64,000 nt of DNA from the NCBI RefSeq assembly GCF_009914755.1, contig NC_060927.1; one strand, given 5' to 3'. The translations under genes were made by a program, and so were the position numbers. Positions 29,850 through 43,739 of the stretch are shown piece after piece. Position 1 is the first letter of the stretch. Each line of letters begins with the position of its first letter. This DNA is from the human T2T-CHM13v2.0 reference genome, Homo sapiens. The notes below the pieces were generated by a model. It was not told where the DNA came from, searched no databases, and saw nothing but the letters and a program-made list of their open reading frames with translations.

Positions 29850-30530
29850 ATAACGCAGCAGAAAGCAGGAAAACATGATGCAGGAGAGCACAGTTGGGGT
29901 GATGTATCAGCAAGGCTAAGGGCAAATAGGAACTCTCATATACTGTCGGTGGGCTGTAATAGGTGCAACCCCTTTGACAAGTCATTTCACAATACTGTAT
30001 ATGGCAAAATTGTTAAGTGCTTCACACCACTGACAGCAATTTTGTTTCCAGGTTTCTATCCCACAGATACTCCAGCTTCAATATGCAAAGACATCTACAA
30101 GATGTTCATTGCAATATGGTAATATTAGAAGTCACAAATCAAACACATAACTGATTAAATTATGCTACATTCATATGCTGGAGTACTATGCAGCCTTAAA
30201 GACTGAGGTAGATCTCTATATAAGTGGCAATATGGAAAATTTCCAAAATATCCTTAATGGAAAACAAAACTACCAAAATGCAGAATATTTCTTGTATATA
30301 TTCACACACATATGTAAATATATACATGCATACAGAATAGTGTGTCTACAAAGTTACATAAAGATACACTTAACACACACACACCCGTATATATGTATAG
30401 ACATTTTGAGGAGGATAAATATATACATGGGTTTGTCAACAGTGGTTGGCTTTGGAGAAGGACAATTCTTCCTGTTGGATATGCTTTTGTAAATGTTGGA
30501 TCCTTATATATTCATTATATTTTAATGAAA
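29850..30530 (+). mobile_element. L1ME-like 3' fragment
   Basis: GATGTTCATTGCA, TAAATTATGCTACATTCATATGCTGGAGTACTATGCAGCC. Confidence 0.65.
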
Positions 30531-31436
30531 ACTGTAAAATATAGAAAAATCTTGGTTAGTATGAAATAGGTAAGAAAATAACTAAAAGGTCTTACTGTGC
30601 TGTTGTCTGTGTGTGGATGTGCAGATCCAGATTAGGGGAAGTAGGACAGGTGTTGAATGTATGGCAGGTTGTGAGTCTCCGTAATTTAAGTATTGGAAAT
30701 AGAGCTATAAAGCTGTAACTGGTCTGTCTCTTCTCCCTAACTAAGAAACACAGCCCCAATACAAAACTGCCCTTTTTATTTTTCCTTTTGCTTAAACTTG
30801 TTGAAAGGGGCAACTGAATTAGAATATCTACTTCTCTATATCTCTCTGTATATTAAGCTCTGCCTCTCTCTTGCCATCTCATGTGCACCATTATATCTCT
30901 CCTGCTGTTTTCTCTGAAATAATTCCTTAATTTTTAAAAATGTTATATTAAGTTAGAACTAGTTAGCGTTTATTTGCCTGTTTGCTGTCTGTAGCCTGGC
31001 TTAATTAGATTAGCTCCAAGATTTAAAAATTTAAAACAGTCTTACCAAGTAGTTTTCTAAGTGACATGGACAAGGAATGTTATTCTACCATGTATTTTAA
31101 TCCTTAAAAAATGTTCTGTATGTTCACTTAAAGATTAGAAGGTTTCCATAAGGTGCCCATTGTTTGAAAATTTAGAATAACCCCATCCTACTTTTTAAAA
31201 AATTAAAATATTGTGTTCATCTGCAAGAGGGGTCACTTGGCTAACAGATGTGAAGGCTGAGAGTTCTTAAGCTGGTTTGCCACATTGTATGATTCTGGAC
31301 AGTGTCTCCAGGACAGGTCTGAAAACCTGAACAACTGGCCTGTCTCCTCCTTCAAAGAAATAGAAATATTAGTCACAATGACCAGGGTGGGAGACAAGTG
31401 CATTGTTTATCAGGTTCATTAAGGGCTGTTTCCTAG

Positions 31437-31764
<328 letters not shown>

Positions 31765-32309
31765 TTAACCTGCGAATGTTTTTATAATTGGAAGTCACAG
31801 CAATGGAAATGATGAAATGTTGAGGCCAAGATACCAGACACGAATGACTGGTATTTCACCTTCCTATGCCAACCAGCTTACCATATTTCTGTCGGGACTT
31901 AGGAATGTCCCAACCGATCTTTAACATATATCTGTTCAAGACTTGAAAATGCTGTTTTCCATGGGGTAGGAGGGGCACCAGGGTCAGGGGATATGGAGAG
32001 AAAAAGATGGCAGAGGAGGGAAGCCAGGCATTGAGGACAACACCATGAAAGGACTGGACTCTCGTGCTGGCCTGCAGGAGACTGCTGAGGGACAGCTGTC
32101 CTGTCTGTATGGCGTCTTCCTTATCAAAGTTTCAGTGATGATCTGAAGGAGGGAGCATCTTTGTGATGCACAATGACCTCTTAGCTTCACTTGGCCAGCA
32201 CCAAAGATGCCAGCAACTGACAGCCAAAATCAGAACACCACATCCTCAAGTGCAGTCTGTTTCGGCAAACATCTGAGCATGAGATGTGGATTGTGCCAAC
32301 TCACAGAGC

Positions 32310-32450
32310 ATTGAGGCTCAAACTCTAGTGTGCCTGAGTCATCAAGGCTGCTTGTTGCAAATGCAGACTTGAGGCATTACCCCCAAGAGATTCTAATTCT
32401 GCAGATGTGTGGGTGGGGCCTGGGAATCTACATTTTAACAAGCACTCCTG
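32310..32450. mobile_element. MER5-type hAT MITE
   Basis: CTTGTTGCAAATGCAGA...GGGGCCTGGGAATCTACATTTTAACAAGCAC. Confidence 0.7.
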
Positions 32451-33188
32451 TCCTCAATGTCTGACACGGGAGTGTTCAATTGTTTCATTTTGTGGTTTAT
32501 CGGGCAGTTCATTTGGTTGGAGTTTAACTACATATGCTGTCTTTTGGTGGCACTTGAACTCTCAGTTTAATTATTAATACTTTATCCTTAGCTGCAGAAA
32601 TTTGGGGAGAGATTATATCCAGATTTTGGGGCGCCCTCTCTGGCTCTCCTTTCTAGGACTCCTCCCTCATTTTGCAGTGGTTGTGGCTGCCCTGAACTCT
32701 GCATTCTGGTTCTTGAAGCCAGAAGGGCTGTTGGTTTTCTACCACAGCTCTCCCCACCTTGGAACCCTGAGTTGCCTTCCCTCAGACTGAAAGCTATAAA
32801 AATGCTGGTCTCTATTTCAAATGTTAACTCCCTTCCTGAGTCTCTTTGCTTGTGTTCATTCTCTAGTGTCTTCAGGTGGTGGTTTCTTGATATTGGCCAC
32901 TTTATAGTTATCAGCAGGTGGGTTAGTCCCCATTGGACCTTATTCTACTGTACTGGAAGCAGAACTCCTGGATCACAGACTTTGAGAATAAGTCTTTTCC
33001 AGTGTCCCTCAAGACTTGGCTAGGTGGAAGTTTACCATGCTGAAAGAATGCTTACATTTTGTTTCTGTACTTTACCATCAGCCTTCTGTGGCCACATCTA
33101 GCAATCTATAGATATTTCACTTTACTCTAGAAGTGTAAATGAGAATTAGCCAATGCAGGAAAAAATGGTGTTGTATTTGTACTACTGT

Positions 33189-33496
33189 TTTTTGTTTGTT
33201 TGTTTGTTTGTTTTGAGGCAGAGTTTCGCTCTTGTTGCCAAGGCTGGAGTGCAATATGCAATCTCAGCTCACTGCAACCTCCAGCTCCCGGGTTCAAGCA
33301 GTTCTCCTGCTTCCGCCTCCCTAGTAGCTGGGGCTATAGGCATGCGCCACCATGCCTGGCTAATTTTTGTATTTTTAGTAGAAACAGGGTTTTGCCATGT
33401 TGATCAGGCTGGTCTTGAACTCCTGACCTCAGGTAATCAGCCCGCCTCGGCCTCCCAAAGTGCTAGTAGTACAGGCGTGAGCCACCGCACCTGGCC
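33189..33496 (-). mobile_element. AluS
   Basis: Full-length; TSD GTATTTGTACTACT 33173 / 33497. Confidence 0.95.
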
Positions 33497-36087
33497 GTAT
33501 TTGTACTACTTTTAAAGAATGAGGCCCCAAATGTAGCTGGAATGAAAATGTTTGCAATCAGCATCTTGTCTGGAAACCACCATTTCTGTCTCATCTATGA
33601 GACAGCTTCCTTGTAAGCCCTTCTCTCTTTGACTTTCGCTGACCTCACCGGCCTTGCTCTGCCCACCAGTGGCTCCAGAGCTTGCAACATTTTGTTGGCC
33701 CATTGTTCCTGAGGACTCGGTCCTCTCTGGGATTGAATTCACATTTATGGTTGGAGCCATGCTGATTCATTGTAATCTAATAGCCCTAGTGCTGTGCTGA
33801 AAATTTTTACTATGCCAACAAAAGCAACATGGCAAAATTCTTGAAAAATGCCAAATTCTCTTAAATTGGGAAAATCAGTGTTCTAACAAATTCAGATAGT
33901 AAAGTACCCTAATATTCTGCATCACTTAAAACGCCAGGGCACCAACTATGGGATAAGATTGATGAACAAGTCAGCAACAATCTTGAGTAATGAGTGTTTT
34001 TAAACTTCTACATTGCTGATGAAAACTATTCATGGTTCTCTAAAGCTAACCCATAAATAACTCTTTAAGAGGTGATGTTCCTGATATGCTTCCTCCACAC
34101 CTCCACTCTCCAAAAAATGATAAAGGAGGAATTTGGAAATAATGAGATGACACCAATCAGGGCTTATTTACTACCCAGAGACTGATGAAGTGGGACCTGG
34201 AATTCTGAGCATTACTGTTATGTGACTGTTAATTACCGCTGTGATGTCTGCCTCATTGTTCATTAATCTTTGACCGTGGGGACAGGAGCCAACCATTAAG
34301 TAAATCAGGTATCACACACATACCTATTAAACAACCTCCACTAACAGAGATAGATCTGAGAACTAAGGAAGAAAGAACAAGGCCTGAGCGCCTAGAGTGG
34401 ACACCAGTGAGCCTTACATGTAAAGCCTGCGTGCTTCCTGGTTGCCAGAAAGACTCAGAGGCCCTCCCTCAGCATTTAAGCAGTGGGCATTCTCACTGCA
34501 CTTCCAAATTGCTCTTTTTAATCTGCTGAGTGGATTAGAATCCCATGTAAAAGTAAGGATTTCCTGGTTTCTAACATGTTTGCTGGGAGAGAGACTTAGC
34601 AAGGAGTAACAAAGAATAAGCTGGTGTATTTTCAAATATGAGCTTTTAAAGTTTTTGTGGTGACTCTAACCATAACAGCCTGAGACAGAGGTCCCAGGAG
34701 ATCCCTCCTTGTGGAAAAGCAGTAGTTCTCTTCCCCAGAAAGGACTGGGGTCAAAGGATGCACAACAGTAACGACTTTGTGGTGAGGTTGGCAGAGAATA
34801 TACGATGGGGAGCTTGATGTGTGAGAAGTGGAAAGAAGGTCATCTTGGATGATTGGAGGACAACATCCCGCAAACGACAACAGGGAAAGCACAGTACTTT
34901 TACAAAAGGCTCCGCAAATATCTCATCCTTACCATCTGTTCCTTGTGCCTTATAAGATTTTTGGATTTCATCCTAAGAGTAACACGCATTTATGGGGAGA
35001 CTGAGGGATAGGACTGGGTAAATTTGAGATATATCTCCAAAAACCATCTTCATTTTACCAAAGAGAAAAATGAAGCCCAGAGAGGTTAAGTGACTTGCCC
35101 AGGATCATACAGCTAATGAGTAGTCAGGAAAATATTCTCTTTAGAGTTCTTTGTATTTCTTTCTTCATAGTGTTGCCAAATATAAATAATAGTGTAGGGT
35201 TGGCCTGCCATGTGTTGGAGTGGGCAGGATCTTTGGTGTGACAAAGGTAGATAATTTGTCTAGCCAAGTTTTGAGATATCACAAAGCTACCAGTGCCTTA
35301 GCCAGGCAGAAGTTATATTCAGAATGATTACAAGTTGCTCTATGATAGAAGGTGCTCAAATAAATGTTAGTATAGGCCAGCACTGTATTCTATGCTACAG
35401 GGATTCCAGAAATGAAAATTAGTAAGGTGTAGACTCCTTTCTACTGGGTCATAAGCTATTTAGGAGTCTGTTTCTGTCTATGGTTCCTTTGTGTGCTCTT
35501 GTTAACTATACTGCAAAGTAAACATATTGTATTGTTGCAGAGGGGGAGAGATTGCATCTGGCCTGGGAGATCAGGAAAGCTGAAGCAGGAGGTGGCATTT
35601 GAAATGAAATACTTAGAAGCTGGTGATTAAATTCTGTTCATCTTTTATAAGAAATGACATTTATGGAACACTTATTGCATGCTTTGAGCTTTGCAACAAT
35701 CTTTCATTTAATCCTTCTAACAACTCAGTGGGAAAGGTACACTTATTTCACAGAGGAGGAACCGAAGGCTCAGTTAACTTATTGGAGCAATGCCATTGGT
35801 GCCACACCTGGATGGCCTTGCTGGGCCAGCTTCTCTTGGTGTTGGCTGCCAACTAGTTCACACCAGCCTTCTCCTGAGGAATGCTCTTGGCTGATGAGAG
35901 CACTCATACCTGGAGAAGTAATCTGGAAGGGAAAGTCAAGGAAACCTTGCTGACTAAGTAGACAGTATGAAAAACACTGGTGAGAGACTTTGGACTTCCT
36001 GGATCTGTCTTCCATCTAATAGATATTCCAGAAAGAGAGACTTTAAGGTTTTCTTTTTTGTTTTAATGGAGAATAGAAAATAATCCC

Positions 36088-36714
<627 letters not shown>

Positions 36715-37069
36715 CTAATCCATTTTTTTTAAAGTGAATTTCCTTGTGGCCCCAGGTGGTGAGCAACAATAGTGGGAGAAAGTTCACACACAGATATCAC
36801 CTAGTATAATTTCAACCTCCTAAGAATTCCAAGGATCGTTCGCTAAAGCTAAGGTGAAAATTCTACGTATTGCCAGAGGAGACATAGAAAGTTTCAACAG
36901 ACTGGCACTCAATGGTTTATCTTCCAAATGGGAACTATCTCCAAAGTGCTAAATTTTTATGAAGGAAGATGATTTTGAATTTAGAATTCTATATTCTGTT
37001 TACTATCTTTAAGAGTGAGAACAAAATAACAGTGTTCTTGAACATGCAAACACTCAGACAACACTGCAT

Positions 37070-37560
37070 ACATAATTTTGGGGGCCCAATGCATAATAAA
37101 AGCGTGGGGCTGCTTGTTGAAAGATTTAAGAGTTTGGGCCGGGTGCGGTGGCTCACACCTGTAATCCCAGCAGTTTGGGAGGCCAAGGCAGGCGGATCAC
37201 CTGAGGTCGGGAGTTCACAACCAGCCTGACCAACATGGAGAAACCCCGTCTCTACTAAAAATACAAAAATTAGCCGGGTGTGGTGGCGCATGCCTGTAAT
37301 CCCAACTACTCAGGAGGCTGAGGCAGGAGAATCGCTTGAACCCGGGAGACGGGAGGTTGTGGTGAGCTGAGATCGTGCCATTGCACTCCAGTCTGGGTAA
37401 GAAGAGTGAAACTCCGTCTCAATAAATAAATAAATAAATAAAAATTAAAATTAAAAATTAAGAATTTCAGGATGGCAACTGCAGAGCATTAAAATAAGTG
37501 TGGGACCCCTCTGAATGCAGCGCCCCATGCAGTTGCACAGCTCATGTGCCCAGGAAGCTG
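37070..37560. mobile_element. MER91-like (hAT-Tip100) element split by a + strand AluSp/Sq (37137-37450)
   Basis: GGGGCCCAATGCATAATAAAA...[Alu, TSD TTAAGA(G/A)TTT]...CAGAGCATTAAA...GGGACCCCTCTGA...TGCACAG. Confidence 0.7.
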
Positions 37561-37736
37561 AGAAAACTCACCACCCATGAAGTCTTCTGGAAAAAAGAAA
37601 GCATTTAATTCAAAAAAGTGGTGAGTGCGAGACAAAACAAAAAATGATCCCAGTAAAACATAAAAAAAATTATTGTCTTTAATATTCTTTATGAAGCTTA
37701 ATGATTTTTAGAATACCATTAAGAATAGAGGGGAGG

Positions 37737-38037
<301 letters not shown>

Positions 38038-38264
38038 AGAATAGAGGGGAGATGTGTACTTAAAAATCATACACATTAAAATTTGATAATTTCAACAACA
38101 GGAAAGAGATGGTCAAGAAGTAAGAGAAAAGTAAAATGCAAGCTTAAAGTCTTGTTAGACTTGGGCAGGGGATGTTTAAATACTGATTAATTAGAACTAA
38201 TTGTATTTTTAAAAATTAATTTTAAATATGTAAAGGTAAGCACAATATTTAAAGGTAACTGCAA

Positions 38265-38827
38265 AATTAGTGACTTACCCAACACACATTTATAATCTCA
38301 TGGTTTCTGCGGATGAAGAATTCAGACATGGCTGAGCTAGGTCCTCTGCTTCAAGATCTTTGCATGGCCGCAGTCAAGATGGTAGCCAGGGCTGGGGTCT
38401 CAAGGCTGGAGTCAAGGTGATGGCCAGGGCTGGGCTTCCTCTTTGAGTGAGGAAGGACATGCTTTCCAAGCTCATGTGGTTGTTGGGATTTGGTTCCCTC
38501 CAGCTGATGGATTGAGGGCCTTAGTTGGTAGCTGTCCATCTGCTGAAGGCCACCTTCAGTTTGTTTCCACGTGAACCTCCTCAACATGGCCACTTCCTTC
38601 ATCAAAGCATGTAAACCAAGAAGGCAGTGGAGAGTCTAACAAGACAGCAGTTACAACCTTGTGCAGTGTAATCATGGAAGTGACATCCCGCGGTCTTTGC
38701 TGGATTCTGATGGTTAGAAGGAAGTCACAGGTTTCATCCACACTCAGGAGCAGAGGAACTCTCAAGGGTGTGAGCACCAGGAGACTGGGATCCCTGGGGG
38801 CTGTCTTAGAGCTTACTCACTACCACA
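38265..38827 (-). mobile_element. MLT1 (ERVL-MaLR) solo LTR
   Basis: ACACACATTTATAATCTCATGGTTTCTG...GGCTGAGCTAGGTCCTCTGCT...CTACCACA. Confidence 0.85.
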
Positions 38828-39466
38828 CTCATTCATAATAAGGCCTGTCAGACAAGGGAGACTTGGTCATACACCTGAGTTATATAAATCCTCATCCAGT
38901 CTCCCTATGGTTGACAAGGTGTCTTGCTCATAAGCGTCAGTACCTGGTGTCAGGTGCTCTCATATAATCAATCACTGTTTGTTGAATGAACATGAATTGC
39001 TACAAATAAAAGCAGTTTTGAAAAAACAGTTTGGCGCCATTAACAGGTTGTTTTTAATTTGCATTGTAAAATGGGTTTGGCAGTTTTGCATATTAAAAGG
39101 TCAAAATGTTATGCCATGAAAGATAAAACAAGAGCTTAAACATTCCAGAACAAAATTTTCCACAGGATGCCCTTGTGTTTGCCTTTCACATCTGGATTGT
39201 TGTCATAGTCCTGCCATTCGCAGTAATTTACATTTGAGTCACATTTCTCTCTTGAGGAGTAAATATAGTACAGTACTTCCCTTTAAATGTCCTTTACTCA
39301 AGGAGAAAAACGTATTTGGGGTACATATTTTCACAACCATCCTGGCATAAATTTTAAAATCTGTGTGCAAATGGGTGGTGATTGCATCATGTTAGGTTGC
39401 TCAGAGAATGTCTTTAAGATGACATGATTGAGAATTGATTCATTAACACTGTTACTATTTTTTCAG

Positions 39467-39960
39467 AGCTCATTCCGCAAAACCATGTCTGAGAGCCAGG
39501 AAGTCTGGATTCTTGTCCCAGTGCCCCAACCAATGAGCTGAGTGGCCTTGGCAAGTCACCCAGTCTGCACCAGTTTTCTTGTCTGTGGAATGCTGGGCTT
39601 GGATGAATAGTAATTCAAGGATCTCTCCCTCTGCAGTGTGCTTTCTGGTGACCATGAATGGATGCTGTCAGTAGATGCCTTGGTGCTCTTTACGGTGCTG
39701 GTGCAACTACCCCCAACTGTCAGGAAGATGTCCCCTAGTGGCTTATAGCTGTCTCCTCTGCAGAATTGCCCTTGGCCAAACAGCTGCTTCCTCACCTGGG
39801 AGATCACACCCCTGCAGCCGATGATTGACTGACACGTGGGTGCAGAAAGCCTGCCCTCTTGCCTCCAGGTGGGACCCAGTCTGTGGTGCAATTTGTGTTC
39901 CTGGGCACCTGTGGGACTGGCTGAAGTTAAACTTCAGATTAAACTACATCCTTAATTAGC
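39467..39960 (+). other. ABHD5: Candidate alternative non-coding terminal exon of ABHD5
   Basis: Branch-like CATTAAC (39441-39447), TATTTTTTCAG acceptor ending 39466, ATTAAA at 39938-39943; matching donor CTG|GTGACT at 24149/24150; agrees with my memory of an ABHD5 transcript with an intron after c.*29. Confidence 0.6.
39490..39635 (+). mobile_element. MIR-family fragment
   Basis: GAGCTGAGTGGCCTTGGCAAGTCAC...CAGTTTTCTTGTCTGTGGAATG. Confidence 0.65.
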
Positions 39961-40073
39961 TCTTTCCCTCACTCCAGCCTATTTCTCTCTCCTCGCGTTT
40001 CTTGAGAGCCCCCAAAACCCAATATATAAGAATTCTTTTCTTAGGCTTTGCTACTAGAGACCCTGATCCAAGA
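39680..40073 (+). mobile_element. LTR16-family (ERVL) solo LTR
   Basis: TTGCCTCCAGGTGGGACCCAGTCTGTGGTGCAATT...ACATCCTT...TTCTTGAGAGC...TAGGCTTTGCTACTAG resembles LTR16C. Confidence 0.7.
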
Positions 40074-40191
40074 AAGTCACCTTAAAAGGAAGGGCTTATG
40101 GGTATGGGATTTCTTGAATTTTCCGGAGGGTGTAAGGTCATCATGAAAATAGGGGATGGTGAGGTGTAAAAACAGAGAGGAAGCCTTAAAC

Positions 40192-40414
40192 CAGGGATGT
40201 CCAACCTTCTGGCTTCCCTGGGTCACGCTGGAAGAAGCATTATTATCTTGGGCTACACATAAAATACACTTAACACTAACGATATCTGATGAGCTAAAAG
40301 AAAAATGCAAAAAAATCTAATAATGCTTTAAGAAGGCTTAAAAATTTGTTTTGGGCTGTATTCAAAGTCATACTGGGCTGAATGTGGCCTGCAGCCATGG
40401 ATTGGAGAAGCTTG
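40192..40414. mobile_element. MER30 hAT MITE
   Basis: CAGGGATGTCCAA...TTGGAGAAGCTTG with perfect 8-bp TSD CCTTAAAC (40184-40191 / 40415-40422). Confidence 0.9.
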
Positions 40415-40661
40415 CCTTAAACTGAAGCACTGGATATATTTGAATAAATATGCAGTCTTTAGTTTCTAGAAAATTTAGTTTGCATTTGATGTGATGCTGA
40501 AACCTCTAAGTAGAAACACCTGCTCATGTCCGGCCCAGAGTGAGTACTCACTGAATAATTATTGAACCAAATCATGCTGAATTTCTAAAATGGGGCCTAG
40601 AATTCCTGAAGATGTTTGATTGTAGGAGAGAAGAGTTTGGGGGCACAAAGGAGAGAAAGTA

Positions 40662-40724
40662 TTAGGTTGGTGCAAAAGTAAATGCGGTTTTGGCCATTAC
40701 TTTTAATGGCCAAAACCACAATTG
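40662..40724. mobile_element. MADE1 (Hsmar1 MITE), right TIR truncated
   Basis: TA-TTAGGTTGGTGCAAAAGTA...GCGGTTTT...palindrome. Confidence 0.9.
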
Positions 40725-42115
40725 TTTATATACTATAAAGAGAAGTCTGGGCTGAAGGCTCACTCTGTCCCAACTCCTCTAGGAAGTATGATGGAGATCG
40801 GGACCAGGGGTAGGCAATGATCTGAGGTCAATCTTAGCAGGTATGTCTAGACCGCAGGTGCCAGCATTCTGGTAGGTTTGGAAACCCCTCTTCTCTACTC
40901 CCAGCCACCTCCCACCATGCTGGTAAACTTGATGGAGGAGGCAGCTCCCTGCTCTCAGCAGCTCTCCTGGGTCCAGCTCCCTGCCTTTCTCAGTGTCTGG
41001 GGAATGAGAACAAGTGCTCTCATTGTCCCATAGGGACAAGGCCAGGGCTTCGCTAACCTGGTACCTGGTGTGCTGGGATTTATGGTTCAAAATGAAACAC
41101 TCTGCATTCCCCTCACCCACACTGCTTCATCCATACCCAGCCTTCTCAGTGGTTCTCCTCCCACCTGACTTTTGGACTTGTAGTTATTTTGTGTCTCCTT
41201 ATCCCCTCACTAATGAGTGGCCAGAGAAAGCTCAGAGGGGCTAGTTCTGGATTTTTCAGAACAAGGGATGGGAGTCATGGCAAGGAATTGAGATGCTGGG
41301 CCAAAGAACAGAAGTCTCCACCCCTATGCCAGCCCTGGGTGCTCTGTGGACTTGAGGTCAGCTGTGGCCTGCCCTGAGCTGGAGGCCTCTCCTGTTAGTT
41401 TTACATGAGGGGCCCCATGGGCAGAGAGGCTCATCACCCGAGTAAAGGTGACACAGGCTGCGGGAGGCAGGGCCTGCAGTGGAGAATGTGGCCTCCCAGG
41501 CCTGGTCACGCCTTCAGAAGTGTGAGGGTTTTCTAGGGTGAGAGTTGATGTTCCTAACTTTAGCCTTCAGCTCTCGGGGAGGCCCTTATGACCACACACA
41601 TCTGTCAAAAATACCCTGTCCACCTCCCAAGCCTATCAGGGATCCCTGGCCTCATCCTCACAATGGGATGGGGAGGAGGCTTGATGGTAAGTTGGGAGAT
41701 GGGAAAGGAGAGAGGAAGAAGATAAAGGAAATGAAGACGACAATCACTGAGTGGGTGATGGCTGCATGCCACCTGCATTCTCGTGACCCCTCTCCTCTGA
41801 CCTGCTCAACAACCCCGGGAGTCAGAAATCACCTCCCAGACCTCAGTTTCTCCACACATTAAGATGTACTGAATAACCACCTGAGGGTCTCATAGGCCAT
41901 TTCACTGATGTTCGCAACACCCCATGAGGCGTGCTGTTATCATCCCCATGAGGAGACAGAGCCTGGAAAGGTTGATTTGCAAAGAGGTGAAAGCCTGCCA
42001 CAAATCTAGGTATGTCTGACCTCCTTGGCGATTTTGGAGCTTTGGGGATGGTACAGGTTGGGGCTTTGGACAACCAGATAAAAGAATAAAGATGCTGGAT
42101 CCCTTCCATTTAGAG

Positions 42116-42322
42116 CTGGGGTTGGCCCACATTTTCTGTAAAAGGCCAGATAGTAAGTATTTTAGGCTTTGCAGGCCATATGGACCCTGATGGAACTACT
42201 CAACTCTGCTGTTGCAGTGTAAAAGCAGCCAGATGTAAATGAATGGGTGTGGCTTTATGCCAATAAAACTTTATTTACAAAACCATGTGGCCAGCCTGTG
42301 AGTCAGAATTTGCTGACCTATG
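42116..42322. mobile_element. MER58A hAT MITE
   Basis: GGGGTTGGC...TTCTGTAAAAGGCCAGATAGTAAGTATTTTAGGC...CAATAAAACTTTATTTACAAAA...TTTGCTGACC. Confidence 0.88.
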
Positions 42323-42999
42323 GTATAGACACATGACGTAAATGGGTCAGAAGGGTTTTGGGCGAGACAAATGAGAAGGATTAAGGTTATCAGAGCACTG
42401 CATCGTTTATCTCAGTCTGTATAAATGGTGTCACCCTGGAATGATGCAGTACACAGACTGCAAAACCATACGTTGTAGTCTTGAGAGTGAGATAAAAAGA
42501 AAACAAGCCTCACAACCTAGACTGTCCTCTCTGGGAATGGTTAAGTGCTAGGACTCTGGTTTTTGGTGGGGTGACAGATTGAGAAATAGCTTCAGAAAAG
42601 AAAGTGGGAGGGCCACTTGCCTGCCCAAAGGTATCACGCTCCAGGATAATCAGCTTCTCAGTGGTTATCAGAAGAATGAAGGGTTATGTGATATCCTATT
42701 CCCAGAGGGTGAGGAAGGCAGACCACCTAATGACCTGGCCCCGTGGAATTTGGCCTCCCTGCTTCGTGGCACTTATTCAGCAGTGCTCCACTGTGGAAGC
42801 AGGGTGTGGCTGGGTCTGGCATTAAGTAGTGACAGCCCTCTGGGGCAGAACCACACATCTAAGAATGGACTAAGCCAGTCACAAGTCTCACTTCTTTGGA
42901 ACTCCATTCCAGGGTTCCCAGAGCAGTTGGGAACACCGTTCTGTAATCAAACTGAGTTCACCTTTGGGCACCAGCTGCTCCCACAGACCAAGGGCAGGA

Positions 43000-43047
43000 C
43001 AAAGTACAGAAAATAGATTGAAGCAAAGTACAGAAAAGAGATTGAAG
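43000..43047 (+). repeat. 24-bp tandem duplication (1 mismatch)
   Basis: CAAAGTACAGAAAA(T/G)AGATTGAAG x2. Confidence 0.9.
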
Positions 43048-43653
43048 CAGGTGCTGCTTTCTGTGAATTTGATCCAGACTGGGAAAAAAAAAAGATGGAA
43101 AACTCATTTCTCTGAAAAGCTCCATCTGTTGGCAAAAACCATCATCAGAAGTTCTGCTCTGGACAGGGGAGCTTGCCCAGCAAATACTGGGACAGGAGTG
43201 CCATGCTCCGAAGTTGGGCACTAAATGAGGCAAGGCTGGAGAAATGGACTTGGAGCGAGAAGGGATATGCCAGTGAGAGCCTAAGGGAGGTATCAGCGGG
43301 ATATGTAAAAAGCCACTGCTTTGGAAGGGTCTGGCCTGCTCAGCTGGGTCATGTGCATCACCTATCAAAATACCCAGGCCCAGGTCCAATGAATACAGCA
43401 GCATCTCCACCTGCTGCTTTTAAAATTCCTGATTGATCTTGGCTCTGGAGCTGGGGACCCATTATACCACAATAGCATTCACACTGCTCACCCAGAAACT
43501 TAAGCACACTTCTCATCTCTTGTTGTGACTCCAGCCTCTGAATTGGGCTGTAGTATTCTTAGGAGCTGAATGAGTTGCTCAAGAAAGTTTATGAATTGAA
43601 TCCCACCAGGGAAGAGTAACCAAAGATAATTTTCTAAAAAAAATCTCCCAGTG

Positions 43654-43739
43654 GGCAGAGGTTGCAGTGAGCAGAGATCGCGCCATTGCACTCCAGCCTG
43701 GCGACAGAGCAAGACTCCATCTCAAAAAAAAAAAAAAAA
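43654..43739 (+). mobile_element. 5'-truncated Alu (AluSc-like)
   Basis: Only the last ~70 nt plus A-tail; CCTGGCGACAGAG; AAAAAAAATCTC on both sides. Confidence 0.9.

Noticed and set aside
32135-32146. GTGATGA/CTGA resembling snoRNA C and D boxes
   Set aside because: The boxes are adjacent, with no guide region or terminal stem.
42579-43436. Cluster of 145-150 aa ORFs on both strands
   Set aside because: No recognisable homology or exon structure, and they include a local 24-bp duplication and an A-run; treated as chance.
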